Positions 9,943 to 20,600 of a stretch of 64,000 bases of DNA are shown in pieces (position 1 is the stretch's first letter; each line of letters starts with the position of its first letter). The position numbers and the translations under genes were made by a program. The stretch covers positions 1 through 64,000 of IMG/VR virus record IMGVR_UViG_3300035698_014689. One strand, written 5' to 3'. Source of the stretch: a virus. The notes below the pieces were generated by a model. It had not been told where the DNA came from. It did not search any database and saw only the letters and a program-made list of their open reading frames with translations.

Positions 9943-10314
9943 TTACATCAACCAAGTAGTGGCAAAGGATTTCCCTTTTATCATCTGTACTTCTTGGGAA
10001 ACATGCTTGTTGTTAGACCAGTTGGAGTTTTCCAACCCATAACGTTCTAGTTCCAAAATCCGAGAAAACTCCCAGCCCCTGACTATCAAAAAACTTTTGT
10101 ACAAGTTAAGTGTCTCCTGACCATAAATTCCGAAGAGGTCAAAAAGCTGTTTGAAAGTACGAATAACCCATTGCATATCAGAAGACTCTTCCTCGGAAGC
10201 ATTCAGGAAAACAGGCTCTGATCCTTTTTCCTCAACATAAGTCTTAATCCACTGATCCAACTCCCTGACTGTCTTTGCGATTAACATCTCAATTTCCTCC
10301 AATTTAAAACACAT
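9943..10314 (-). CDS. hypothetical protein (likely start MLIAKT)
   Basis: GGAGG RBS before internal ATG. Confidence 0.6.
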   Translation of the reverse strand: MCFKLEEIEMLIAKTVRELDQWIKTYVEEKGSEPVFLNASEEESSDMQWVIRTFKQLFDLFGIYGQETLNLYKSFLIVRGWEFSRILELERYGLENSNWSNNKHVSQEVQMIKGKSFATTWLM

Positions 10315-10334
10315 TTGACAGGGAACCTTTCCCC

Positions 10335-10385
10335 ATCATCTAAAATAAGGATGACTCGTGTCAATTCTTTTGTCAAATCTTTTTT
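10335..10385 (-). promoter_or_regulatory. sigma70-type promoter candidate
   Basis: Two TTGACA hexamers 12 bp apart after an A-tract; -10 not cleanly identified. Confidence 0.45.
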
Positions 10386-10687
10386 CAATTTTTCGTCGAA
10401 GTTTCGTCAACAAGGTCATCAGATTCGATTCTTCTTCTCTCATCCAGTGTGATGTAGAAGTCACGTTCGAGTTTCTCAAGAGCGGGTTTTTCAGAGTAGA
10501 AGACTTCAACACAATCAGCTGATCTACGGGGGAAGTGTGAGCGGAGTAACAGCAAACGCTCTTTATACATGCAACGTGTGATCTCCTCTTTCATGGGGGA
10601 GCCTTCTTTTGTGTCCACCCACGCAACTCCGTACTGAGTTTCCATGAACTGCTTAAATTCAGGTATCAAGTTCTTGTCTAAATTCAT
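10385..10687 (-). CDS. hypothetical protein
   Basis: ORF with AAGGAG RBS. Confidence 0.6.
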   Translation of the reverse strand: MNLDKNLIPEFKQFMETQYGVAWVDTKEGSPMKEEITRCMYKERLLLLRSHFPRRSADCVEVFYSEKPALEKLERDFYITLDERRRIESDDLVDETSTKN

Positions 10688-10690
10688 TGC

Positions 10691-10903
10691 TTACTCCTTT
10701 TTTGTTATTTCTATACCACGGGCTTTGGCCTTGTCCTCCAATTCCTTAACCCGTTCAGGATTGAAAGCTCTGTGCAATTCACGAGCTATTTCAAACCCAA
10801 GGGAGGTGTCTATTCCCAACTGCGACTTTACTGTAACCGTTCTTTTGATTTCTTCAATGAGCCACATGTCTTTTTGTCTGACATTTATCTTTATTTGGGG
10901 CAT
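10691..10903 (-). CDS. small putative DNA-binding protein (ribbon-helix-helix-like), paralog of 10891-11103
   Basis: N-terminal alternating beta strand QIKINVR, then D.WL.E.I...V and TS.G.E motifs shared with neighbour. Confidence 0.55.
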   Translation of the reverse strand: MPQIKINVRQKDMWLIEEIKRTVTVKSQLGIDTSLGFEIARELHRAFNPERVKELEDKAKARGIEITKKE

Positions 10904-11103
10904 TCTCCGTACTCCTTTTTATAGTCTTTCACCAGTTCCTCTTTAAGAATCCTTTTCACTTCAGCACCAACAGATGTTTTCTCCCCTGCGGCTTCCCGCA
11001 ATTGTACTCGCTGTTCAAGCATTTCAAACAGCCAGTTGTCATCATCGTTAACCCACGTTGACAAGTGCTTACCCTTTCTTTTATACCCGCCGAATTTAAC
11101 CAT
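10891..11103 (-). CDS. small putative DNA-binding protein (ribbon-helix-helix-like)
   Basis: HLSTWVNDDDNWLFEMLEQRV...TSVGAEVKRIL. Confidence 0.55.
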   Translation of the reverse strand: MVKFGGYKRKGKHLSTWVNDDDNWLFEMLEQRVQLREAAGEKTSVGAEVKRILKEELVKDYKKEYGECPK

Positions 11104-11104
11104 A

Positions 11105-13465
11105 TCAGAATCTTTCCCTTCCTACTCCGAAAATCATTTTCTGGAGAAGCTTAGACAGTTGCGGAATCAGCGAGCCCATATCCTCAAACTTGATATAATG
11201 CTTGAACATTGATTCAGGATTAGCGGCTCCTATCGCAATCTGCATAATATGAACACCCTTCTTGGCAATATCATCCACGGATTTTTTCGTGGCCATCTTC
11301 GCCTCGTGACCTCCATAAGCACGACCGCTGGGCATTCCATCAGACAGCACCAGCATGAGCTTATTCGAGTGATCTGCATTTGCTAGAAATTCCTTCCCCA
11401 CAGTCTCTATCGCCTTATGGTCGTAGTTTTCCATGCAGTCCCGCCCGAAAAATGCAAGAGCCGACCTATCCTTTCGTTTTTTGCTGTAGTAGCGTCTGAT
11501 CAAACAGTTTTCGTTGTTTTCCCCGTAGGATGTGTGACTATAAATATGCAGGTCAATCCTCGGGATAGTCAACAGTGCCTCTTGCATTGCGAAGGCCATT
11601 GTCAAGGCTTTCTCAGCTTTGCATAATCTACCCTCAAAGTCTCCAACATAACCCATTGAACCACTTTCGTCGAGCAATAAACAAATACTCAAACCAACAG
11701 CCCGATGTCGCTCGGTAGTGCAGAACAAACGGGAAGTTGTTTTCGCCAAAGCCAGTCTTCGCTTATCCAGTTTCCCCTCACGCTTATCCCGAAACTTCCT
11801 TTCCAAGTCAGCCAGTCTCATACTGAAAACCCGTTGCATCTTCCTGATATGTGGACGACAAACCTTTTTCAATTTCTTGTAGGTCTCGTCAGTGTCTCCC
11901 TTTATCTTTGGCTCAACAGTAGCAACAGCACGTTCCCGCCCGAACTCATATCCCGTTTCCTCTACTGTGAATTTCTCCTCCTCAAGTGAACGAACACCAG
12001 CCCTGATTTTTTCCTCAACGGCATCAGCAAGAGTCATCTCGTCAATTCTCGATGCTTTGGTGAACTCCTCACCTCCATAACAACCCAGTTCCTTCCTCAA
12101 TTTCTCCGCGGCCTCAACATCCGCTTTCAATTCTTTAATCTCCTTTTTCAACTCTGCCTTTAGCTTCTCCTCCTCATGCTCAAGTTTCGCATCAGAACCC
12201 GCTTCAATTTTACGACCCATCTTTTCAGCATACTTTTTCTCTTTCTTGGCAATCTCAGTTTTAGCTCTTCTCAACTCCTCCTCAAGTTTCATCTCCTCTT
12301 TGATTGCTTTGATTTCTTCAGATGTGAAGGGCGTGGAAGAGGGGGAGCCACCACAGGACTCGCCCTCACCATCCGACCCTTCAGATTCAGGGGAGGGCTT
12401 TTCCTCAGTCCCACCATCCGAATCATCTCCCGATTCAGGCTTCCCAGCGCCTTCAGAGCTCTCAGACCCTCCCTCCGAGGTATCAGAGGATGGATAGCCT
12501 GAACCTCCCTCAGGTTTTCTCATTTCCTCGGGTTTGATCAATATCCCGAACATATCCAACAAGCTGTGAATCAATTGCTCTAATTTCAGAACATCCTCCC
12601 ACGTCTCCAATTGTCCGGAAGCGTCCATCATAAATTCATATGGATTGACTCCATCCCGTTCGAATTTTTTCATGGCGATTGTCAGCAACTGGGGACTCCT
12701 GAGAGCCATCATAACAATTGCGTGCGCTTTACTTCTTGGAGTCATGGGAGGATGCTCTTCACCAGTCTTCTCATCCGTGTAACCATCCCACTGCTTTATG
12801 ACATCAATAAGGTTATCCTCAAAAACAGCCTTTCTTGTTGCGGCTAGATAAAAGGCGAATCCATCACTTCTTTTAACGGCTATTATCTCAATTCGAACAT
12901 CCTCCACCAAGTTCAGACGCCCCTTCTTCTCAAAAACCTCATAGAAGTTTTCGTGCAACGGATGTGCCAGTATCCCCTTCCTCTCTTCAATCCACTTCGT
13001 AAACCCTTGGCTGGATAAAAGATGTTCAGCCTCGTGTATTCCGATGCCAGCATAAACATTCAATCTTTCTTTCGGATCAACTTTTTCGTACATTTCTTTT
13101 CCTAGGAATATCTGAGCACGCCCTCCGAGAACACCCTTGGCGGCTGATCCGCCAACCATATCAGTAGTGCAGATTTTAACGTCCACAGGAGCGGGAACAC
13201 CATGTATTCTTATCAGGTTATAGACGAAGTTTCGAATCTTTGTTAATTCGATTGCATCAGCTTCAGGAGTCATCTCTTTATGAGAGTCACGAAAACCAAA
13301 AAAGCTCCTTCCGAAGTAACCCTCCATTCTGTCTAGAGAATCATCAATCTCCCACCGATCAAAAAGCTCATCATTCTCATCGGCAATCCGCTTTGCCAGT
13401 TTCTTAGGTGCTTTCTTTTTCCCAGCGCCTTTCACAGCTTTCTTTATTTTTTCAATCATTGCCAT
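11105..13465 (-). CDS. CobT-like vWA protein with N-terminal zincin-like HEXXH domain
   Basis: HEAEH and NLVEDVRIE; acidic linker; MIDAS LLLDESGSM and VLSDGMP. Confidence 0.85.
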   Translation of the reverse strand: MAMIEKIKKAVKGAGKKKAPKKLAKRIADENDELFDRWEIDDSLDRMEGYFGRSFFGFRDSHKEMTPEADAIELTKIRNFVYNLIRIHGVPAPVDVKICTTDMVGGSAAKGVLGGRAQIFLGKEMYEKVDPKERLNVYAGIGIHEAEHLLSSQGFTKWIEERKGILAHPLHENFYEVFEKKGRLNLVEDVRIEIIAVKRSDGFAFYLAATRKAVFEDNLIDVIKQWDGYTDEKTGEEHPPMTPRSKAHAIVMMALRSPQLLTIAMKKFERDGVNPYEFMMDASGQLETWEDVLKLEQLIHSLLDMFGILIKPEEMRKPEGGSGYPSSDTSEGGSESSEGAGKPESGDDSDGGTEEKPSPESEGSDGEGESCGGSPSSTPFTSEEIKAIKEEMKLEEELRRAKTEIAKKEKKYAEKMGRKIEAGSDAKLEHEEEKLKAELKKEIKELKADVEAAEKLRKELGCYGGEEFTKASRIDEMTLADAVEEKIRAGVRSLEEEKFTVEETGYEFGRERAVATVEPKIKGDTDETYKKLKKVCRPHIRKMQRVFSMRLADLERKFRDKREGKLDKRRLALAKTTSRLFCTTERHRAVGLSICLLLDESGSMGYVGDFEGRLCKAEKALTMAFAMQEALLTIPRIDLHIYSHTSYGENNENCLIRRYYSKKRKDRSALAFFGRDCMENYDHKAIETVGKEFLANADHSNKLMLVLSDGMPSGRAYGGHEAKMATKKSVDDIAKKGVHIMQIAIGAANPESMFKHYIKFEDMGSLIPQLSKLLQKMIFGVGRERF

Positions 13466-13486
13466 TTTCTCGTCCTCATATTAAAC

Positions 13487-13502
13487 GTGCAATCAAGTGC
13501 AA
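13487..13502. promoter_or_regulatory. 16-bp palindrome variant
   Basis: GTGCAATCAAGTGCAA in the 48-bp gap between the AAA and vWA genes. Confidence 0.7.
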
Positions 13503-13513
13503 TCCACAAACTC

Positions 13514-14908
13514 TTACATATAACTTTCTTTCTGAAAAATTTGGATCACTTTCACCCGTTCAGAATCCTCCCCACCCTCCTTCTCAAAACATCCAAAGAT
13601 GGAGGCTTCAATTGCGGCCTTTCTTGAAACGCTGTCATTCAGCATCTCACAGCAGTCTAAAAGCATTCTCGTCGAGATCATGGTATTGTACTCACCCTCC
13701 ACCGCCAGACTTCTCTGGGATGCGGCTATCTTGACCAGCTTTTTGATTTCGCCTGTCGGAACTGTCGGGAATCGGAGACGAATAATACGCTCCTCCTCGG
13801 CCTGAGGGGGATAGTCTAAATCAATTTTTACTTTGAATCTATCCAGAAGAGCCCTGTCCAAGGCCATCGTTCCAGTATACTCAACCCCGACGTTCGCTGT
13901 CGCCATGAAGGAAACTGCTTTCCCCTTATAAATTACAGAACCATCCTCCGACTCATCTAAGCTCATATATTCCTGTCTATCCATCAAGGGGAGTATCAGA
14001 TTAAAAGCATCGCTAGGAGCTCGTGTAATCTCGTCCCACAGCATAACACCCGAGGGCTTTTGCACAGATTGAACAAAACGGGATTGATTGAAGAACGTCC
14101 CTTTTTCAGCATTGAAGTGCGTGCTTCCTATCAAACTGGTTCTAGCTTCAGTCATTGCTCCGAAGTTGAAAGGCTCACATTCCACACCAAGGGCCTCAGC
14201 AACCAAGTAAACCAACTCGGATTTTCCTGAACCTGTCGGGCCTGTCAGGATTGCGTGTTTTCCACGATTACCACACCATAAGAGCTTCTCCCAGTTTTCC
14301 TTGGTGACGAAGAACTCTTCGGGAGTCTTCAAATCTTTCCAAACCATTCCAGTAGGTTTCGCGGGCTTGATCTCAGTCACATCTTTCTCAACAACAGGAG
14401 CACCCTCATTCTTCACAACCCGTTCGACAAAATCATCGGTCTCAATAGCCTTTGTCACATCGTCATTCACTAAGGGAAGGTCACGCATGAAAGCGTTCGT
14501 CAACTCCCTAGAAATTCTTGAGTGCGTTCTTATATCGCCCTCACCCATAGAGGAATAATTCTTCCCCTCCTTCATAGCTTGCAATATCTGCCATAGGTGA
14601 ACATCTTCTTTCGGCGGAGTCAAGAGAAAGAGTGAATCAGCTTCCAAGTTCTCAAGGACTCCTATGTCCTCTTTCTTTTCAGATAAGTCAAAGATAGTGT
14701 TTTTCTTCCCATCATTAACTCCCGACCATAACCCTCTCTTCACAATTGCAACATGCTCACAACTGCCCTTGACTCGGTGAGCGGCGCATTGGCAAGTCAA
14801 CTTTGTCTTATCTGATTTCACAGCAAAACCAATTTTAAGCGTCATGTCTGTGTTAAGAGCATGAACCACATATTTGATCCCAGCTTCAATTACTTGTACA
14901 AGATACAT
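13514..14908 (-). CDS. MoxR/CobS/CbbQ-type AAA+ ATPase with N-terminal SWIM zinc finger
   Basis: Walker A GPTGSGKS, Walker B MLWDE, ATAN, LDRALLDRF, ISTR; CQC...CEH near the N-terminus. Confidence 0.9.
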   Translation of the reverse strand: MYLVQVIEAGIKYVVHALNTDMTLKIGFAVKSDKTKLTCQCAAHRVKGSCEHVAIVKRGLWSGVNDGKKNTIFDLSEKKEDIGVLENLEADSLFLLTPPKEDVHLWQILQAMKEGKNYSSMGEGDIRTHSRISRELTNAFMRDLPLVNDDVTKAIETDDFVERVVKNEGAPVVEKDVTEIKPAKPTGMVWKDLKTPEEFFVTKENWEKLLWCGNRGKHAILTGPTGSGKSELVYLVAEALGVECEPFNFGAMTEARTSLIGSTHFNAEKGTFFNQSRFVQSVQKPSGVMLWDEITRAPSDAFNLILPLMDRQEYMSLDESEDGSVIYKGKAVSFMATANVGVEYTGTMALDRALLDRFKVKIDLDYPPQAEEERIIRLRFPTVPTGEIKKLVKIAASQRSLAVEGEYNTMISTRMLLDCCEMLNDSVSRKAAIEASIFGCFEKEGGEDSERVKVIQIFQKESYM

Positions 14909-15007
14909 TCGAATTTCCTCCTATTAAAACTATTACTACAGGTTTCACCATCACTATTTCCTCACAAAAATAAAATTTCCCTCCTATTTGAAACATAAAA
15001 TAATCAA

Positions 15008-15037
15008 GGGGTAGCCTCACTTTATTGTGAGACCACC
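15008..15037 (-). terminator. stem-loop, possible terminator
   Basis: GGTGGTCTCAC-AATAAA-GTGAGGCTACC hairpin; U-tract weak. Confidence 0.45.
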
Positions 15038-15049
15038 AGTTTGAAAATT

Positions 15050-15190
15050 CTAGTGACCTGTGAGACTAACAACCATATAACCACCAACGGGCGAGGCATT
15101 AAAAGCAATGCACTCCCTAACTAATTGAGCTGTGAAAATTGACAACGCCTTGAGCCCCTCGGAATCCATTTCAAATTTAACAGTACCCAT
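15050..15190 (-). CDS. small hypothetical protein (46 aa, not in ORF track)
   Basis: MGTVKFEMDSEGLKALSIFTAQLVRE...; AGGAGG RBS directly after promoter motif. Confidence 0.6.
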   Translation of the reverse strand: MGTVKFEMDSEGLKALSIFTAQLVRECIAFNASPVGGYMVVSLTGH

Positions 15191-15192
15191 GA

Positions 15193-15290
15193 TTTCCTCC
15201 TATTTAAAACACATTTCAGCATACAGAGAACATATGTGTGTCAATAAATAATGCAAGTACTTTAACGAAGAAATTTCCTTTTATTTTTCA
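15193..15290 (-). promoter_or_regulatory. phage promoter/leader motif, copy 2
   Basis: AAAATAAAAGGAAATTT...GTACTTGCAT...TTGACA...TTCTCTGTATG...TTTAAATAGGAGG; similar to 1000-1100. Confidence 0.65.
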
Positions 15291-15321
15291 CATTTCTCTT
15301 TTTTAGGTTGGAGCGGCTCCT

Positions 15322-16104
15322 CTACCAATCAGTCAAACCATCTCCTTCAACTTGCCCCGTGGACACCCTGTCCTTCAAAGAGACTCCTAATCGTCCTGAA
15401 TCATGGAACTCCCTGACCCTGTTCCAGTGTATACTAGAGCCAATTATGGAAATAGTGGGACGGGGATCGCTTATACCGAGCTTTCCCTTCAGCTTAGTCC
15501 AGTTTTCAAACAGGAACACGAACACCTTGTCAACGTAGTCATAATCGTTATTCGTCCACTTCAAGGGCCTACCCATATAAGTAAGTGTTTTTCCATCAGC
15601 GAATTGCTTACACTCCTCCCCGAATTTCATTTCATACAATTCTTTGAAGCGATTGAATAAAGCTGTGGCCGTTCCTTTGGAGACTTTCTTTTCGGGCTTC
15701 TTACCCATCGACTTGGCGATTCGGATAGCGGAGATATTTTTCTGATCATCCTCCATCTTTATGCGTGCTTTTTGGACGTTATTCAGAATGACTTTCTCAT
15801 CCCGCTTTTTCTTGGTCTCGTACTTCTTCACCCCAGCTTGGAGAATCAAATCTAGGAAATAATCATCCGCTGTCTTTAAGATGATATTATCGTCAACCAC
15901 TTTCACCCAGTTAAGTCTTTTCAAAGTATCGAAATGTCTTTTAACAGTTGTACTATTCAGCCCTGATTGAGTCACTACATTCTCATACTCCACAGCACCG
16001 TAATAAACATCCTGAGCCCTACAAAGTAAGTACAGGAATACAGCTTCTTTTTTGACTGACGTGATGGTCTCGGACTCAAGAAGCTCCTTCGTGAAAATCT
16101 GCAT
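15322..16104 (-). CDS. winged-HTH protein, possible replication initiator
   Basis: VFLYLL...VVTQSGLNSTTVKRHFDTLKRLNWV wHTH; Lys-rich linker; helical C-terminal domain. Confidence 0.55.
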   Translation of the reverse strand: MQIFTKELLESETITSVKKEAVFLYLLCRAQDVYYGAVEYENVVTQSGLNSTTVKRHFDTLKRLNWVKVVDDNIILKTADDYFLDLILQAGVKKYETKKKRDEKVILNNVQKARIKMEDDQKNISAIRIAKSMGKKPEKKVSKGTATALFNRFKELYEMKFGEECKQFADGKTLTYMGRPLKWTNNDYDYVDKVFVFLFENWTKLKGKLGISDPRPTISIIGSSIHWNRVREFHDSGRLGVSLKDRVSTGQVEGDGLTDW

Positions 16105-16213
16105 CGTTTCCTCCTATTTCTCGCAATTTAAACCCCATTCTCAAAATAACCATAAACTCTGTTCGGATAAAAGCAAGTAGACAAACCTTATTTGTCTCGA
16201 TTATTATCCACCT

Positions 16214-17614
16214 CTAAGTGGGCGTGTTATTCAGCCTGACGAATCCATAAGAAGACTCCAACGTGGCACTTGCTGAATTATATGACATACCGATGGAATA
16301 CAGCAGACACTTATATGACAGGGACTCGACTAACAGTGGAACTTGTACGACTGTATTCAACTCCATCAAATCAGGAATAAAAGGGCCTTTGGCTGACAAA
16401 GTACGACCCGACAGCAGAGCATCAAATAACGCCCTCTCACCGATCTCAGTTGCCTTAGCCGTGTCCTGAATATAAACGTTGTCAATAGTCATATAACGAA
16501 AGCCCGAAAGAGCCAGTTGAGCCGAGTCAGTAACGAGAACCTCAATCCTGTGCTCCGTCTGCTCGTCATCATGTTTCGCTATCTGCTCATCCCTTCTCCG
16601 TCCCATCATAGGGCCGTCGATACTCGCTTTCTTATCCATCGTCTTATTCGTTCCCTCTCCCAGTCCCGCAACACTGGAAGGGGCTCCAGCAGTAGTTCCA
16701 ACCTCGGGACGAGCTTCGATAGTGAAGACGACATTATTCATTGACGTGGAGCTGAACGTTCCAGTGAGCGCAACGTTGATCTGATTTCCCACAACACTCT
16801 CGACGACCCCCGAGTCCGCATCCCCCGAAATGATCGTCACCAGTGCGTTCATTGCCTGCTCTCGTGTGAAATTCCCCACCCCAGTGACAGCGACAACTGC
16901 GGTCGTGGTACTCGTAGATGAAAATTCCGTGGATTGACCATCGACTAAAGTTGACTTTCCTATATCTGAGCCAACAACATATCTTCCTCTCACCCTACAG
17001 AGGCTCGCCGTATAATTCTCAGAATCGGACAGACTCACCGGAGCCTGCAAGTCACCCTCGTCCAAAGTATACTCGACAGCGGAAGCATCATCCTTCTTCA
17101 AAGCCGTCACCAATTGACCCTGTCTGTTGATAAACATTTCAACATTACAAGCGTCCGCTATCTTCCTCACAGCGGTCAACAAAGAGTTCTCTGATATGTT
17201 GATGTCGCTAAAGGTCTCGGAATTATCGACAGAAACATCGAAATAAGCTGGGAGGACTCCTCCATAGGTTCCAAGTATGTATGCGAGTAAAGCGGAGCCA
17301 GTCATCGACTCAATCGTCTCCGACGTGATGGGACGGTGTCCCAGCAATTCAGGAATTGTGTTGACACCAATACTCACCGCCGAACTTCCCAGCAAATCAA
17401 AGGGAGGGGAAACGGAAACAACCCTTCCCAGAAAAGCCACGTATTCAGTGACTCCCCTTATAGCTGTCAGTGTCACCCGTTGACCGATGAGATTCTCAGT
17501 GTGTAAGGAATACTTGTTATCAGTATTATTAAGAATCACGGAAGCTGACGAACTGCTTTTTAAATCACGGCCCGTCCTCCAACTAATTATATCCTGCTTT
17601 ATTACACTAGCCAT
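16214..17614 (-). CDS. tail tip/baseplate hub-like structural protein
   Basis: AVRKIADACNVEMFINRQGQLV and IDNVYIQD...A..IG motifs; last gene of tail module. Confidence 0.65.
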   Translation of the reverse strand: MASVIKQDIISWRTGRDLKSSSSASVILNNTDNKYSLHTENLIGQRVTLTAIRGVTEYVAFLGRVVSVSPPFDLLGSSAVSIGVNTIPELLGHRPITSETIESMTGSALLAYILGTYGGVLPAYFDVSVDNSETFSDINISENSLLTAVRKIADACNVEMFINRQGQLVTALKKDDASAVEYTLDEGDLQAPVSLSDSENYTASLCRVRGRYVVGSDIGKSTLVDGQSTEFSSTSTTTAVVAVTGVGNFTREQAMNALVTIISGDADSGVVESVVGNQINVALTGTFSSTSMNNVVFTIEARPEVGTTAGAPSSVAGLGEGTNKTMDKKASIDGPMMGRRRDEQIAKHDDEQTEHRIEVLVTDSAQLALSGFRYMTIDNVYIQDTAKATEIGERALFDALLSGRTLSAKGPFIPDLMELNTVVQVPLLVESLSYKCLLYSIGMSYNSASATLESSYGFVRLNNTPT

Positions 17615-20600
17615 CTAACAAATCTCCTAATTTCATAACTTTTCTATTCACAAAAACGACCTCTTCCATTGAGAAAATACCTGACCCTCTCAACCTCTCA
17701 GGAGCTTTTCTCACAGCAACGAGAAACTTCTCATACAAAGGCGTTGCCACTCTGCGTAAAGTGCAACCTACACACCTTTTTCCAATAGCCTGAAAACCCT
17801 CCACCTTCTTCCTCACGTCATCAAAAGCGGGAAGCAGTTCGGGATAAACTCCCAAAACGGCGGTCTGCTTTTCCCAAAGCATGACACCATCCAGAGGCTT
17901 TTTTTCAACAGTCCGAATACGATGAGCTCTGTCAACAGGAGGGATAGGCGTAGGAGCGGGAGAGGGAAAGTGAGTTGGATCGTACGAACCACCCTTAAAC
18001 GGATCAACATTCACAGGCAGGCCAACCAACGCTGGTCGCACCACACCTCGTTTTTCCCCAGCAGTTTTACTCGGAGCATTCTTCTTGATTACGGATGCTT
18101 GAACGGAAGCGTTCACCCTCTTAGCTTGACGCTTCTTTTTCAATGCTAGATACATACCATCGGTACGCTCTTTCTCACTTAAATAAGTTTTCTTCTCAAC
18201 ATAGGTTACTGCTTCCTGCAAATCAACATAATCAAAAGCAGTCAAACCGCTACTCTCAACACAATTAAAAACTTGAACATTGTAAAAATCCAACTGCTCT
18301 TTAACAAGACTGAAAAATGTGTTGAGCATTCGATACGTTCTATTATTCGAACGACAACCTCCAGCGGATTTCCCCTGATCAAAAGCGTAAGGCTGTTCAT
18401 GTTCCATCTTGAAATCAGCACCAACAAGGAAAATCTTACGAAATCCTAGAACAACGAGCAACTTCATAGCAACCATCATAACACTACGAAGATTCGAGTA
18501 TGATTCTTTCCTATCCTCATCATTGATCTTAGTTGAACCAGTCAAACCCCACGAAAATTTATCATCGTCCAGCCACTGATCAACAACTGATGTTTTATTA
18601 CGATAATACTCAAGGACATTCGGACAATTCTTAGGTCGTATATTCGCTTCCTCATCCTTAATGGAATCCCATAAAGCTTGTTTGCTATGACCTCTTGATA
18701 TAAATTTCGTGATAGTCGGGTCTTTCCAAATACTCAGACAAAATCTGCTCGGTTCATCCACACATGTCCACAGGTCTGGACGAACCACCGAAGGACTGTT
18801 ATTCACTCCCATTTTCATGACTTTAGACTTATTCAAAAGGGAAGCTCTATCCTCCGTGGTACTTGGGCCGCTCAATATGAGGAAACACGAGGCATCCTTA
18901 TAAGAATCAACAAAGTCAATTGGAGTGGTAACACCCTCCCTGATGAAAACTGGATGTGAAGAGTCCTTTTTCCTGAGTGATTTGAAGGGCATATCCTCCA
19001 CTTCGAATTTCGAGAATAATTCCTGATAAAGAACCACATCCTCACCTATCCATGAACGTAATACACTCCAGTCAGGAGTATCAAAAGGCCAACCCTTTCT
19101 CGGATTGTGACCGATAGTATGTCCTTTTCGACAATCAGGCAGATTCTTAATTCCAACCGTGTACTTGACTTTGGAGGAAAACATCTTTTTCCTACCCTCA
19201 AAAGCATTCCAAAGAAGACGATCAACATACATGGACTTCTTCCCACAAACTCTCAACAAATCAGAAATAACAGACCGTCTAAAACCAGTCTGACACCATG
19301 CGGCATTGCTCTTGCTTCCTACCACCTTATACTGAGGAACGTCCCCCTTAAAAGAATAATAAGGAACGGTCTTCTGTCCATACAAATCAAACTCGTTCAA
19401 ACCCTCTGCAACCGTCTGAAGGTATTCAGGGTGATACCAGTCATCATCCTCGACAATAATCACTTTCTCGCCCGTCACATGCTTCAGAGCCTCCATCATA
19501 TTAACAGGCAGAGTATGTTTTGGATCATCCTCCCTAGGCTCCCTCCTAATATACTGAATGTTCATGCCCTGAACCAACTCCTCGGGGAGAGGTGTTTTAC
19601 CATCATCTACAACGATCCATTGAATGAAAGATTGCGTCTGTCTACTCATCCAAGTTCTACACAAAGTGAATGCTGATAATCTATCACCAGTGGGCGTGAT
19701 AATTGTGATACTCTCTTTCACCTTCGTTATATCGTCCACTCGAACCACTGAAAAGGCATCTCCGCCCTTCCCAGCTAAAAGGGGTTTTTCAGGGAAGCTC
19801 CAAGCATTGAAATAATTGATAAGCTGTTCTGTCTTCCCCTTGATGTTTCTAAGAGAGGGAGCATTCAATATCTTAGACGAAATATCATCGCGAACATAAC
19901 TCAAGTGGTGCATCTCTAACTCATCTCTTTGAAATTCCCTGACTTCTCCCTCGACTGACAAACCTCTTGAAGGATCGATATGAAAACTTGACTGATACTT
20001 GACATCAAAAGAAACACCACTACGAATTTTTTGAATAAAAGGAACATAGTATTCTTGCTTGGGCTCCAGTCGATAATAAGGTTTTTTCCAATAAGTGACC
20101 ATCCTACAAACAGACGTGTCAAAACCCTCTTTCTGCATCAAGCTCTTCGCTGAAGCAAATTGAATCGGCTCATAAAGCTCATCGGCTCCCATAAGCATGA
20201 AGTGAGTCATACCGAGTTTTCTCAATCTCTCCAGTCCTATATTCGCCTTAGTTATCTCCTGCCTTTTAGCACAGGCTTTCGTTGGAGTGTACTTGAGCAT
20301 TGAATCTATTCGACCCTCTTTTTTCAGGCCCCTCAATAAAGGCAGAAGCCTCTCAGTGCAGGGATTTCCCACAAAAGACTTCTCCTGATAAAGAACAAGT
20401 ATATGATCAGCGTTCTCCCTTACGGAAGTGATCGAAAGAGGTAGATTTTCCTCCCCATTGAAAACGGTGTAGATTATTCCCAACCTCATCTTTTTCCCCT
20501 CATAAAAAGAGGTGTGAAGCCAGTCCTCACCTATGTCAAAAAAAGACCTCATCTCATCCGAGACAGCATTATCAATCATGCCTATTTTCTTTTGCTCTTC

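Noticed and set aside
11105-14908. Cobalamin biosynthesis (cobS/cobT) auxiliary metabolic genes
   Set aside because: No cobN or other cob genes; motifs support only a generic MoxR AAA/vWA pair
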